This document shows, piece by piece, positions 39,799 to 50,103 of a DNA stretch of 64,000 bases. Each line of letters opens with the position of its first letter. Positions within the stretch are counted from its first letter, which is position 1. The translations under genes were made by a program, and so were the position numbers. This DNA comes from Eubacteriales bacterium. Lineage in GTDB: Bacteria > Bacillota > Clostridia > Oscillospirales > CAG-382. Where the stretch lies: assembly GCA_045600105.1 (NCBI GenBank), contig JAZRXG010000005.1, positions 25,939 to 89,938 of the forward strand. The letters run 5' to 3'. Below the pieces are notes generated by a model. The model saw only the letters and a list, made by a program, of their open reading frames with translations, ran no database searches and was not told the origin of the DNA.

Positions 39799-40647
39799 TC
39801 AATATTTTTTGCCTAAAATAACTCTTTCAATTCCATTAAGATCCTTGACCGTGGCGGTGTTGTAGCCTTTTTCGCGCATTATGCGTGAAACGTCGCCCGC
39901 CTGATCGTAGCCGAGCTCGTAAAGAAGCACCCCGCTGTCCTTGAGTATGATGTCCGCAAGGTCGGTTATGCGTCTGTAATAGAGCAGCCCGTCCTCGCCT
40001 CCGTCGAGCGCCGTCCTCGGTTCGTACTGTATCTGCTGCTGCAAAAAATCGATATCGCTTTCGCGGATATACGGCGGGTTGCACACGATAACGTCAAATT
40101 TATCTTTTTTCTGTTCGAGAAGCGCGTAATAATCGTCCTCGTCGAGCGCGTCGAAGCGTTTGACGGTCACGTTTGAGAACTCCTCGAGGTTGTCCTCGGT
40201 ATACGGCAGCGCCTTGTAGGAAAGCTCGAGGGCGAACCCCGTGACATCCTTGCGGTTTGCCGCTATCGCCGCCGAAATACATCCGCTGCCCGAGCATATA
40301 TCGGCGAACGAGCCTCCCTGCGGGATGACGTGCAGCGCGGTCTCGGCAAGCGTTTCGGTGTCGCACCTCGGGATGAAAACGCCTTTGCCGACTTTTATCT
40401 TTCTGCCGAAAAACCAGCAGCTGCCCATTATGTACTGGACGGGCACACCGTAGCCGAGCTCGTTGACGGCGTTATCCATTTTGGGACGCAGTGCCTCGTC
40501 GAATTCCTCATCGCCCTTCAGAAGCAGTTCGGAACGGTCGACGTTCATGTAATGGCAGAGCAATATATCGCACAGCGGCTCCGCCTCGTCGCCGAAGAGC
40601 TCGCGGAGCGTGTTCTGCGTGCGGCGTCTGTATTCATTTATTTTCAT
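39799..40647 (-). CDS. prmC: Release factor glutamine N5-methyltransferase PrmC (HemK)
   Basis: Track ORF trimmed to MKINEYRRRTQ (the Lys-rich extension is read-through of the upstream gene's 3' end). SAM motif DICSGSG and NPPY. Confidence 0.85.
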   Translation of the reverse strand: MKINEYRRRTQNTLRELFGDEAEPLCDILLCHYMNVDRSELLLKGDEEFDEALRPKMDNAVNELGYGVPVQYIMGSCWFFGRKIKVGKGVFIPRCDTETLAETALHVIPQGGSFADICSGSGCISAAIAANRKDVTGFALELSYKALPYTEDNLEEFSNVTVKRFDALDEDDYYALLEQKKDKFDVIVCNPPYIRESDIDFLQQQIQYEPRTALDGGEDGLLYYRRITDLADIILKDSGVLLYELGYDQAGDVSRIMREKGYNTATVKDLNGIERVILGKKY

Positions 40648-41650
40648 TTGTTTCTTCTTTCTTTTCCGTGTCTTTTTCTTCTTTGGCGGGCTCGTAAGGT
40701 ATCTCAAAATCGGGGAATTCCTTGCGGAGAGCGCATTTGATGGAGATGATCGCCACTTCCATCATCGAGTCGTCGGGCTCCTTGGTGGTGATGCGCTGCA
40801 TCCAGAGTCCGGGAGCGGAGAAGATCTTTGTCACGATATTGTCGTGCTTGCCGGCGTACATGATGAACTCAAAGCCGATGCCCACGATGACGGGGAGAAC
40901 GAGCAGCTTGAGAGCGACGCGGAGCAGTGTGTTGGTGTGCGGGATTAGCGTGCCGACGAGTATGGATATGATGAGAATGACAAAAATGAACGAGGTACCG
41001 CATCTCGGGTGGAAGCGCTTCTGCTTCTTGACGTTTTCGACGGTGAGCTCCTCGCCCGCCTCGTAGCAGAAGATCGACTTATGCTCGGCACCGTGATACA
41101 TGAACACCCTTTTGATGTCCTTCATCAGCGACACGAGGTACATATAAAGCACGAAGATGGATATCTTTATCACGCCCTCGATGAGCGAGTACCAGTTGCC
41201 GACGGTGAACAGATATTTGTCGATGAGCTTGGTTATGAACGCCGGCAGCCATATAAACAGCAGCAGCGCGAGCCCCACGCCGAGGACGGCTCCGATGACC
41301 GACACGATGGCGATGAGCGACTTGCCGAAATGCTTTTCGAGCCATTTTTCAAATTTGGTAGGTTCTTCTTCCTCGTCGAGTCCCGACATTTCGGCGGACG
41401 CCGTGAGGGTCGACATCGACATTACGAGCGTTTCGATGAAATTGACGATGCCGCGAATGAACGGGATGCGGAAGAATTTGTATTTATCGCGGAGCGATTT
41501 GGGTTTTGAAGTCCTGACGACGACCTTTCCGTCGTTCATGCGGCGCACGGCGATGGCGATGTCGGTCTTTGACTTCATCATCACGCCTTCCATGACCGCC
41601 TGCCCGCCGACACATCCGAGCCGCGGGTTGCGTTCTTTGTTCTTACTCAT
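40634..41650 (-). CDS. DUF1385 membrane protein (YqhQ-like)
   Basis: 338 aa, MYHGAEHK motif and TM segments; commonly found next to prmC. Confidence 0.75.
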   Translation of the reverse strand: MSKNKERNPRLGCVGGQAVMEGVMMKSKTDIAIAVRRMNDGKVVVRTSKPKSLRDKYKFFRIPFIRGIVNFIETLVMSMSTLTASAEMSGLDEEEEPTKFEKWLEKHFGKSLIAIVSVIGAVLGVGLALLLFIWLPAFITKLIDKYLFTVGNWYSLIEGVIKISIFVLYMYLVSLMKDIKRVFMYHGAEHKSIFCYEAGEELTVENVKKQKRFHPRCGTSFIFVILIISILVGTLIPHTNTLLRVALKLLVLPVIVGIGFEFIMYAGKHDNIVTKIFSAPGLWMQRITTKEPDDSMMEVAIISIKCALRKEFPDFEIPYEPAKEEKDTEKKEETNENK

Positions 41651-41844
41651 TATTACTCCTTTTATGGTTTATGGTGTTTTTGCGCCGTGATATCCGCGGC
41701 GGAAACGATTTTTCAAAACAGCGTCTGAATTCACTTTGAATGTTTTTGCAAATACTATTGAATTTTCGATGATTACATATTATAATACATACGAACGGAA
41801 AAGTACAGAGGAAATTGTAAAATTTTTACGGCGGTGAAAAACGT

Positions 41845-42174
41845 ATGGAAGAAAACACGCTTTTTTCAAAAAACGATCAGTCGTTCATATGCGCGGGCTG
41901 CGGACGCGAGGTGCCGCCGCTCGGCTACTCGTCGCGCAATCACTGCCCGTACTGCCTCTGCTCGCTTCACGTTGACATCAATCCCGGCGACAGAGCCGGC
42001 GACTGCAAGGGGCTTATGGTCCCCGTCGGCGTCAGGATCGACGGCAAAAAAGGATACGTAATCACGCACAAATGCAAAAAATGCGGCTTCGTGCGGAACA
42101 ATAAATATCAGAAGGACGACGACACCGAGCTTCTCATCAAGCTTTCCAACCCCTATAACGTAACGGAGAAATAA
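41845..42174 (+). CDS. RNHCP-domain zinc-ribbon protein
   Basis: 109 aa, CAGCGREV...SRNHCPYCLCSLH...HKCKKCG. Confidence 0.75.
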   Translation: MEENTLFSKNDQSFICAGCGREVPPLGYSSRNHCPYCLCSLHVDINPGDRAGDCKGLMVPVGVRIDGKKGYVITHKCKKCGFVRNNKYQKDDDTELLIKLSNPYNVTEK

Positions 42175-42175
42175 C

Positions 42176-43210
42176 ATGGTGGAAGAAAAAACGTTGAAAA
42201 AAGATATATTGAATTATGTCAACTTCTCGCTTTGCGTGATGCTCTCGTTCGCCGGCAGTTATTTCACTCTGTCAAGGCTCGGCGAATGGCGGACGCTGTG
42301 CATCGTGATCGCTTTTGCCGTCGCGAACGCGTTCATAAAATCAAAATGGTATATCAAAGCCGCCTGTTTCGGCGTGTTCGGATATATTCTGCACTCGTTT
42401 TACGGCGAAGGCTTTGCCGAAAGTCTGACGTGCGCTCTGTTCTGCGCCGCTGTCATGCTCGTCTGCTGCGTCGCGGCGTTCCTTTGCAAAAAGAAAAAAG
42501 CGCTCGGCGTCATCATCGCGTTATGCTTGATTATGTCAACCGCCGTCGCTCACGTCGTTCTGTTCGGTTCGCCCGTTTCGGCATTTGAGGCAGACGAAAA
42601 ATTCGGCGCTTATCTTGCCTCCTCCTACGCCGAAGGAACGGTCGAAAGCACCGCCGTGCGCTTCGACAGAGCGTCGGGCTGCTTCGTCTGCGGCGTCAAC
42701 GCCGTGACCGAGCCGACCGAGGTCTTCACGCTGAGATACGAGAACGGAAGGATAGTCGACACGTTCGGACGTCATTTTGAGCTTTCGATGATGAAAAAAG
42801 GCAGGCTCGACGTGGTGAACGCTCTCCGCGCCGTTTATCCCGACGACGGATTTGCCGTCGAAAGCCACTCGATACAGGGCTTCCGCTTCATAAGGACCGA
42901 AAGCTCGGTCGGCGACGCTCCCACGGACGCAATGGTATTTGACGTTTATATTTCGGCGTACCTCACCGTCGACGATTTCATCGGTAAAGCCGTGTCGTAC
43001 ATGAGGACCCTGCTCGACGCCGGCGTAAACGTGAACAAGATAAACTTTTACGGCGGAAGAGCCGGTCTTTATTACCGCAGACTTACTCTTGACGGCGCGT
43101 ACCTTCCGTACGATACGACGGTGAACTTCGTTCCGCACTGCTTTGCGGACGCGCTTGCCGCGAGACTCGTGAAATACGGACTCCCCGGACTTGAAAAGCC
43201 GGAAAAATAA
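42176..43210 (+). CDS. Hypothetical membrane protein (N-terminal TM bundle plus soluble C-terminal domain)
   Basis: 344 aa. Start is 2 nt after the RNHCP stop. About 4-5 hydrophobic helices in the first 130 aa. No family recognised. Confidence 0.55.
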   Translation: MVEEKTLKKDILNYVNFSLCVMLSFAGSYFTLSRLGEWRTLCIVIAFAVANAFIKSKWYIKAACFGVFGYILHSFYGEGFAESLTCALFCAAVMLVCCVAAFLCKKKKALGVIIALCLIMSTAVAHVVLFGSPVSAFEADEKFGAYLASSYAEGTVESTAVRFDRASGCFVCGVNAVTEPTEVFTLRYENGRIVDTFGRHFELSMMKKGRLDVVNALRAVYPDDGFAVESHSIQGFRFIRTESSVGDAPTDAMVFDVYISAYLTVDDFIGKAVSYMRTLLDAGVNVNKINFYGGRAGLYYRRLTLDGAYLPYDTTVNFVPHCFADALAARLVKYGLPGLEKPEK

Positions 43211-43237
43211 ACAAAAATAAAAAAACAGTGATTGTAA

Positions 43238-43410
43238 AAATTCGGTTTTCGCGGGATTCGTTTTTGGGGCGGCTTTGCTGCCGCAAAAACACCTTTAAGA
43301 CGAGCGGAACGCTCGTCCTCGCACCGATCAAACGAGTGAAACGCAATGAAACGAGTGCGATAAGTGCGAGTGCCCAATTGTAAAACCGCGTTTTGCAATC
43401 GCAGAAAAAA
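43238..43410 (+). repeat. Unclassified ~170-nt structured element, copy 2
   Basis: Reverse-complement homologue of 23020..23205. It has the same orientation and spacing relative to the downstream start codon (ATG 43426). Confidence 0.7.
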
Positions 43411-43425
43411 GGAGTGTTTTATACT

Positions 43426-44469
43426 ATGGCAAAACTCAGAATCGGCGTCGTAGGCGCCGGAAACATCTCGCAGAACGCTCATCTGCCCGCTTACAAATCC
43501 GTCTGCAACGCGGAAGTCGTCGCGATCGCCGACATCAACATCGACCGCGCGAAGGAAGCCGCCGAAAAGTTCGGCATTCCCGCTTACTACGGCTCAGTTG
43601 AGGAACTGCTTGAAAAAGCGGACGTTGACGCGATCGACGTATGCACATGGAACTGCGGCCACGCGCCCGTAGCCATCGCCGCCGCCAACGCCGGAAAGCA
43701 CGTCATCTGCGAAAAGCCCATGACCGTATCCGTTGAAAAAGCGCTCGAGATCAAAGAAGCCGTCGACAAGGCAGGCGTAAGATTCATGCTCGCCGTCCCC
43801 GGCAGATTCGGCAACGAAAACATCTATCTCCATGATATGCTTGAAAAAGGCGAGCTCGGAGAAGTCTATTTTGCCAAGACCGCGTACGTAAGACGCCGCG
43901 GCACTCCCTCCGGCTGGTTCACCGACCTCAAGACCGCGGGCGGCGGCCCCGTTATCGACATCGGCATCCACGGCATCGACGCCGCGTGGTATCTGATGGG
44001 CTGCCCGAAGCCCGTCCGCGTTTCCGCCGCGACCTACGGCTACATCGGCGATTATCAGACCAAGGGCGTTGACCGCTGGAAAGGCACGCCGTCGCCCGAC
44101 AATCAGTTCGACACCGAAGATTCCGGCAACGGCATCATCCATTTCGAAAACGGCGCGTCTCTCATTTTTGAAGCAAGCTGGGCGATCAACGGACCGTCCA
44201 ATTCCTCCACCCAGATATTCGGCAGTAAAGCAGGAGCGAGCCTTTCTCCGCTCGTCATTTACGGCGAGAGAGACGGCTATCTTTCCGACGATACCATAAC
44301 GATGGGTCAGCCCGCCAACAAGTTCGCGCGTGAGCTCACTCATTTCGCCGACTGCATACTCAACGACAAGCCCTTCAAATATCCCATTGAGCAGGCGATC
44401 CAGATGCAGAAGATGCTCAACGCCATCTACGAATCCGCAGCCACCCACAAGGAAATCGTCATCGACTGA
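43426..44469 (+). CDS. Gfo/Idh/MocA-family NAD(P)-dependent oxidoreductase
   Basis: Track ORF trimmed to MAKLRIGVVGAGNIS (AAAGGAG RBS). N-terminal Rossmann fold, EKP motif. Confidence 0.85.
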   Translation: MAKLRIGVVGAGNISQNAHLPAYKSVCNAEVVAIADINIDRAKEAAEKFGIPAYYGSVEELLEKADVDAIDVCTWNCGHAPVAIAAANAGKHVICEKPMTVSVEKALEIKEAVDKAGVRFMLAVPGRFGNENIYLHDMLEKGELGEVYFAKTAYVRRRGTPSGWFTDLKTAGGGPVIDIGIHGIDAAWYLMGCPKPVRVSAATYGYIGDYQTKGVDRWKGTPSPDNQFDTEDSGNGIIHFENGASLIFEASWAINGPSNSSTQIFGSKAGASLSPLVIYGERDGYLSDDTITMGQPANKFARELTHFADCILNDKPFKYPIEQAIQMQKMLNAIYESAATHKEIVID

Positions 44470-44489
44470 CGCGAAAGGAAGAAAACACC

Positions 44490-45362
44490 ATGATGAAAAC
44501 ATGTATCTCAACCTATTCCTTCTGGCCGATGTACGCGAAATGCGGCTGGACGCTGTTTGACGCCATCGACAAGACAGCGGAGCTCGGCGCGGACGCCGTT
44601 GAGTTCGTGCTTGACGACAATCCTCCCGACGGTCTCACGCTCGGCGAATACGCCATCAAGCTCGCGACCTACGCTCATTCCAAAGGACTCGCCACCCCGA
44701 TCTACACGACGGGCGCGAATTTCTGCACTCCCGACGTTAAAGCCGAGATAGAAAGGGTCAAAAAGCACGTTGACGCCGCTGCCGCCGCGGGCATACATCT
44801 CATGCGCCACGACATCACCCACGGTTTTTACCCCGGATACGACGGAGTACGCACGTTTGAAGCCATTCTCCCGGGTCTTGCCGACGCGATAAGAGAAGTT
44901 GCCGAATACGCGCAGAGCAAGGGCGTTACGACCTGCTCAGAAAACCACGGCAGACTCGTTCAGGACAGCGACAGGATGCTTGCCATCTTTACCGCCGTCA
45001 ACCATCCCAACTACAGATACCTCTGCGACATCGGCAACTTCGGCGGTGTCGACGAGGACTGCGCGGTCGCGGTTTCCAAGCTGCTCCCGTTCGTCGTGCA
45101 CGTTCACGCAAAGGACTGCTTCTGGAAATCCGGTATGCTCAGAAATCCCGGCAGAGGCTGGGGCAAAACGAGAGCCGGCAACTACCGCCGCGCCACCATC
45201 TACGGTCAGGGCGACGTGCCGACCTATCAGTGCCTCTCCATCATCGCCGCTTCGGGCTATGAAGGATACGTCTCTCTCGAATTCGAGGGCATCGAAGAAA
45301 CGATACTCGGCATCAGCGCGGGACTCGAGAACCTGAAGAGAGATATTGCGGACATAGGGTAA
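44490..45362 (+). CDS. Sugar phosphate isomerase/epimerase (xylose-isomerase-like TIM barrel)
   Basis: 290 aa with AP-endonuclease-2/TIM-barrel family features (ENH, H.KD, EFE metal ligand pattern). Confidence 0.75.
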   Translation: MMKTCISTYSFWPMYAKCGWTLFDAIDKTAELGADAVEFVLDDNPPDGLTLGEYAIKLATYAHSKGLATPIYTTGANFCTPDVKAEIERVKKHVDAAAAAGIHLMRHDITHGFYPGYDGVRTFEAILPGLADAIREVAEYAQSKGVTTCSENHGRLVQDSDRMLAIFTAVNHPNYRYLCDIGNFGGVDEDCAVAVSKLLPFVVHVHAKDCFWKSGMLRNPGRGWGKTRAGNYRRATIYGQGDVPTYQCLSIIAASGYEGYVSLEFEGIEETILGISAGLENLKRDIADIG

Positions 45363-45396
45363 GTAAGAAGTAATAGCGAAGAGTGAATAAGTAAGG

Positions 45397-45452
45397 AAAG
45401 GATTTCCGACCGAAAAAGTCGGAAATCCTTTCATATTTTGCTTAATGCTTTT
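45397..45452. repeat. Mosaic intergenic repeat, copy 2 (modules B+C); bidirectional terminator between convergent genes
   Basis: 14-bp hairpin AAAGGATTTCCGAC / GTCGGAAATCCTTT (45397-45431), then GCTTAATGCTTTTT, which overlaps the stop codon at 45442-45444. Confidence 0.75.
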
Positions 45453-47235
45453 TATCGTACAGCAGGTTCACGGCAAGTCCGCCGATGACGGTACGGTTGC
45501 GGAAGCCCACGCAGCCGCCGGTCACGGTTTCGTACCAGTCGGTGAACGGGAGTCTGTCGGGCGTTTCGGTGATCATTTTCACTATCGCGGCGTAGGTCTC
45601 GCGGCAGTAGTCTTCATCCCCCATGACGGTCGTCCACGCAAGCCAGTCGGTCTTGGTGTAGTCTTTTCTGCTGTCGAGCGGAGTGCCGTAGGCGTTGCGT
45701 TTTGCTCTGTAAACGGCGGTCTCGGCTTCGTACACGCTTTCGTCAAACAGACCGAGAGAATATATCTTGTCCCATATAATATTATATTTAAGGCTCCAGC
45801 CCACTCCGTCGAAGGTGAGGGCGCTGCCCGCTTCGCCTTTGGTGTCGTTTACCCAGTTTTTCGCCATTTTCTTTGCGATACCCGTATATTTTTCGTCGCC
45901 GTAAAGCTTGCCGAAGCAGGCGAGCGCGACTATCGCTTTGAGAGAGAGGTTGCAGTTTTTGCCGAGGTGGCCCGCGAAGTCGTCGGTGCAGAGCTGATTT
46001 GCGGGGCAATAGCCGTTTTCGGCAAGGTAAGCCGCCCATTTTTCGAGCAGATCGCGGTTCTCTTCGGCAAACGCCGTGTCGCCGTCCTCAAAAGCCGCGG
46101 CAGCCGCGCATATTATGGCGTTGCCGCATTCCTCAACGGGCATCTGGGATTCGTGTTTATACGTTCCGTCCGCGTTGAGACCGTAGACCTGTCTGTCAAG
46201 CAGCGGGAACTGTCCGCAGTCGTGGGGAGCGTAGTCAAAATCCCACATCGGAGTACGGGCAAAAGCGAAGAGCGGGCGCAGCATTCCGCGCACGAGCTCG
46301 GGCTCGTAGGTGAGATAGAGCGGAATTGACGGATATGTGACATCGAGCGTGGCGCCGCAGCCGTTGCTGAAGCATTCCTTTGAAATGAAATAGGGCTTTC
46401 CGTCGCACAGCGCGAGCTTGTGAGCGCCGACCGACTGACGGCAGGCAAGCGTCGCGGCTTTTACGTAGTCGTCACCGTGAACGGACGCGGCACGGGTGAA
46501 CTCAAGGTCGAACTGAAACGCTTTTGCGGCGTAGGACGCGAATTTCGCGTCGGCGTCGGCAAGCATCCCGTCGAACGAGGCGTATTTCGTCTTATAGTAA
46601 TCGTCGCACGGAACGCCGAGGAAGGTGATGGCTTTTATATCGTCGTAACCGAGCGTGAAGTGATCTTCTTTTTTGTTCGAGAACGCGCCGATAAAGCCCT
46701 TGCCGCAGAACGAACCGTCGTGAAGCACGTGGAGATAACCCCATTTCGCGGTGACTCCGTCGCCCGACTCGGAAAGCACGTTCTGTTCGGCTGCCCCGAC
46801 GAAAGCGTCTCTGCCGTTTTTGCGCGAATACGTTTCGCCGTCCGAAACGAGAGACGAAGAAAGAAGTATCTCGACTTTTACGTCCTTTTCGCTTTCCGCT
46901 TTATACGAAATATACGACACGGGCATGGTGACGGTGGCAAGATCGTCGAAAAAGTAAGGCGTGAAGAACGAAACGGTGAGTTTCAGTCCGGCGTTTTCGA
47001 AGGTGTATTCGGTAACGTGCGGAGTGATGACGCAGTCGGTCTGCGGGATCGGCTCTATCGCGTTGTTTCCGCCCAGAAAACGGTATCTTTTATTGCCGAC
47101 GGTGACGAAGCCGTCAAGGCCCGCACCCTTCCCCGCCCAATGACGCGCGGGCGTCGTGAGCGTGTCTTCAAAAGACCAGACGCTGAAAAAGGGATCGCAC
47201 GTGATAAGCGGATAAGCCGCCGCTCTCGTTCTCAT
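45442..47235 (-). CDS. DUF4965/DUF1793 glutaminase-A-like protein (probable glycoside-hydrolase-like)
   Basis: 597 aa. The N-terminal PLITCDPFFSVW motif and (alpha/alpha)6-like C-terminal half are typical of the GtaA-like family. Confidence 0.65.
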   Translation of the reverse strand: MRTRAAAYPLITCDPFFSVWSFEDTLTTPARHWAGKGAGLDGFVTVGNKRYRFLGGNNAIEPIPQTDCVITPHVTEYTFENAGLKLTVSFFTPYFFDDLATVTMPVSYISYKAESEKDVKVEILLSSSLVSDGETYSRKNGRDAFVGAAEQNVLSESGDGVTAKWGYLHVLHDGSFCGKGFIGAFSNKKEDHFTLGYDDIKAITFLGVPCDDYYKTKYASFDGMLADADAKFASYAAKAFQFDLEFTRAASVHGDDYVKAATLACRQSVGAHKLALCDGKPYFISKECFSNGCGATLDVTYPSIPLYLTYEPELVRGMLRPLFAFARTPMWDFDYAPHDCGQFPLLDRQVYGLNADGTYKHESQMPVEECGNAIICAAAAAFEDGDTAFAEENRDLLEKWAAYLAENGYCPANQLCTDDFAGHLGKNCNLSLKAIVALACFGKLYGDEKYTGIAKKMAKNWVNDTKGEAGSALTFDGVGWSLKYNIIWDKIYSLGLFDESVYEAETAVYRAKRNAYGTPLDSRKDYTKTDWLAWTTVMGDEDYCRETYAAIVKMITETPDRLPFTDWYETVTGGCVGFRNRTVIGGLAVNLLYDKKH

Positions 47236-47388
47236 GTTTCATACCTTCCTTTGCTTTTATTTGCTTTGATTCTATCACGGACGGCGGTATTTGTCAACGA
47301 AAATAACGTCGGATATCGTCAAAATCCTTGCGAAACGGAAAATGATGTGATATAATAATATAATAAAATCTGAAAGGAAAGCGCGTTT

Positions 47389-50082
47389 ATGAAATCACGT
47401 ATCGCACTTCTTACGGTGATCCTCATGATGGCAAACCTGCTTTTTGCTTTTCCCTCGTCAGCCGACGGGGTCAACGCCGCTCCGACCGTCATTCCCGCGG
47501 TAAGGGAATGGAAAGGCGGTGTCGGACACTTCACGCTTGAAAAAGGGATGAAGGTCGTCCTTGCCGAAAACGGCGTGATTTCCGACGCTCAGAAAAACAT
47601 AATCAAAGAATATTTTGCCGATATATGCGGCTTTGACGTCGATATCACCGTCGGCAAAGCGTCGGCGGGCGATATTTCCCTGTCGCTCACCGAGAACGAA
47701 AAGATCGGCGGCGAAGGCTACACAGCCGTCATCGGCGACACAGCCGTCATCGAAGCCAACACGTCAAAGGGACTCCTTTACGGTGTCATCACGATGCTTC
47801 AGTCGCAGTACGCCGACGGGTTCGTACCCGTGGGCGAGATCGTCGACTACCCGGCTTATCCCGTGAGATCGGGCATGATCGATGTGGCACGCGCCTATTT
47901 CCCGCTTGACTACGTTGAGGAAATAACCAAATATTTCGCGTGGTTCAAGCTGAACGAGATACATCTCCACATCAACGACGTCGCGTCGGGAGGAGTGGGA
48001 TATTTCAGGCTTGAAAGCGACGTACCGGGGCTCACCGCCGAGGAGCATTACTCCAAGGACGATTACCGCGCGTATCAGAAACGTGTGCTGGAGTACGGCG
48101 TTGAGGTCATCACCGAGATCGACACCCCCGCTCATTCCACTGCGTTCGCCAAAGCCGTCCCGGAGCTTATGTACGACGGAAGACATCTCGACATTTCCAA
48201 GCCCGAAACGATCGAGTTCGTCTGCAGGCTGTTTGACGAATACATCACGGGCGACGACCCCGTTTTCGTATCGAAAAAGGTGCATTTCGGCACCGATGAA
48301 TACCCCGAAGGCCACAATGAGGAAATGCGTGCCTACACCGACGCACTGATAAAGCACATCAATTCGCGCTCTTACACTCCGCGGTTCTGGGGCTCGTTCG
48401 GAAACGACGGCTTCAACGGCAAAACGCCGGTTTCGTCCGACGCCGAGTGCAACTTCTGGGCGGTCTCGCTTTCGGATTACAACACGCTTTTCAAAATGGG
48501 CTACGACGTCATCAACACCTGCGGCCCCGTGCTCTACTGTGTGCCGGGCGGCAACTACGGATTTGCCGACTACTACGACCTCAGGACCCTGTACAGATCG
48601 TGGTTCGTCAACTATATGGGCTACGATTCCTCCACCTCGGTCAGATATGACGACCCGCAGCTCAAGGGCGCGTCGTTCGCGCTCTGGAACGACCTTTTCG
48701 GAAGCGGCGACGGCTTTTCGGTATTCGACATTTTCGACAGGATAAAATATCAGGTCTGCCTCATTTCCGAAAAAACGTGGTGCGGCGAACAGACACGCAA
48801 GATAAGTGCCGACGACTTCGTAGGACGTTTTGACGTCCTTTCGGTAAAGGCGGGCGGAACGGATCCGGCAAGGAACGCCGTCTTCCCCATTGACGAGAGC
48901 AATATTTCGTCTTACAAATCGGTCGGATTCCCCTATACGTTTTCCGCCGACATCACCTACAACGGCGGGAACGCCGACATACTCGACGGCAAGGACGGCA
49001 AGGTCTATATCAACGCCGCCGGCAGGCTCTGCCTGAAACGCGAAAAATACGTCTTCACCTTCGACCACGTTTTCAAAAAAGGAACCGACTGCAACATCAG
49101 ACTCGAAGCGACCAAGACGCGCACCCTGCTCGTCGTGGACAACAAGTGGTTCTATGACACGACGCAGACGACGAAATACAGCTCGTCCTTTGTGCTTCCG
49201 CTCGAGAAAACAGGCAGCGAGGGCTGCGAAGTGAGGAACATCAGAATAACCGCAAGCGATTTCGTCCCCGGCGACCATATGATGGGCGGCAACGTCGCGC
49301 TCGGCAAAAAAGTGACCGTCAGCGGGCTTGAAGTCGACTACGGCCTCAACGAGCCGCTCGCGGTGGACGGAAACATGAGCACCCGCCTTTCGTTCGCAAG
49401 GGACAAGGACGAGCAGTGGATGATAGTTGACCTCGGCAGCGTCATCGACATCGGAAAAATAACCATCCACTTCTTCGAGCGCACGCCGGCATACGAAGTA
49501 TACGTTTCGGAAGACGGCGAAAATTACACCAAGATATACGAAGCGTCGGGGCTTCCCGAAGGCGTAAGAGGCGAACACGACGACATCGTTTTCGAGCCCG
49601 TCAAGGCAAGATACGTCAAATACGTACAGCTCAAACGCTGGTTCTGCAAGGACTACAATACCTATTACAGCGGCGGGATTTCGGAGTTTGAAGTATATTC
49701 GGCGACACTTCGCCGCGACGACCTCATTGCGGAAGCCGAAAGCATTGACGACGAAAACGTCAAAAAAGCGCTCCGCGCGATAAGCACCTATGAAAAGAAA
49801 GATAAAGTCTACCGCGAACACCTCGACGCTCTCTATGAAGAGCTCGAAAACGCGATAGAGCTTTACAAAAATCCGCCTGCCGAGGAAAGTCTCCCCGAAG
49901 TCAGCGAGGAAGCGGACACCGACGTTTCCGCCGGAAGCGCGGCAGTATCGGAGGACGCCGACGAATCGAAGACGTCGGACGGCAGCGGAAAAGGCATGGC
50001 GATAGGCTCTGCCGCCGCGGGAGCCGCATTCATCGGAGCGGCAGCCGCGATAATTGCAAAAAAGAAAAAAGAAAAGAAATAA
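47389..50082 (+). CDS. GH20 beta-N-acetylhexosaminidase with F5/8 type C (discoidin) domain and C-terminal membrane anchor
   Basis: 897 aa with a signal peptide, a GH20 catalytic region (HLHINDV...; GTDEY), a discoidin-like region (~aa 640-770), an acidic linker and a hydrophobic helix plus KKKKEKK tail. Confidence 0.8.
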   Translation: MKSRIALLTVILMMANLLFAFPSSADGVNAAPTVIPAVREWKGGVGHFTLEKGMKVVLAENGVISDAQKNIIKEYFADICGFDVDITVGKASAGDISLSLTENEKIGGEGYTAVIGDTAVIEANTSKGLLYGVITMLQSQYADGFVPVGEIVDYPAYPVRSGMIDVARAYFPLDYVEEITKYFAWFKLNEIHLHINDVASGGVGYFRLESDVPGLTAEEHYSKDDYRAYQKRVLEYGVEVITEIDTPAHSTAFAKAVPELMYDGRHLDISKPETIEFVCRLFDEYITGDDPVFVSKKVHFGTDEYPEGHNEEMRAYTDALIKHINSRSYTPRFWGSFGNDGFNGKTPVSSDAECNFWAVSLSDYNTLFKMGYDVINTCGPVLYCVPGGNYGFADYYDLRTLYRSWFVNYMGYDSSTSVRYDDPQLKGASFALWNDLFGSGDGFSVFDIFDRIKYQVCLISEKTWCGEQTRKISADDFVGRFDVLSVKAGGTDPARNAVFPIDESNISSYKSVGFPYTFSADITYNGGNADILDGKDGKVYINAAGRLCLKREKYVFTFDHVFKKGTDCNIRLEATKTRTLLVVDNKWFYDTTQTTKYSSSFVLPLEKTGSEGCEVRNIRITASDFVPGDHMMGGNVALGKKVTVSGLEVDYGLNEPLAVDGNMSTRLSFARDKDEQWMIVDLGSVIDIGKITIHFFERTPAYEVYVSEDGENYTKIYEASGLPEGVRGEHDDIVFEPVKARYVKYVQLKRWFCKDYNTYYSGGISEFEVYSATLRRDDLIAEAESIDDENVKKALRAISTYEKKDKVYREHLDALYEELENAIELYKNPPAEESLPEVSEEADTDVSAGSAAVSEDADESKTSDGSGKGMAIGSAAAGAAFIGAAAAIIAKKKKEKK

Positions 50083-50103
50083 TTATATTTTGGAGCAGAA
50101 CTA

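Noticed and set aside
39799-40707. Lys/Arg-rich 20-aa N-terminal extension of PrmC (MRYLTSPPKKKKTRKRKKKQ)
   Set aside because: It is the alternative-frame reading of the Glu/Lys-rich 3' end of the upstream DUF1385 gene. MKINEYRR at 40647 is the sensible start.
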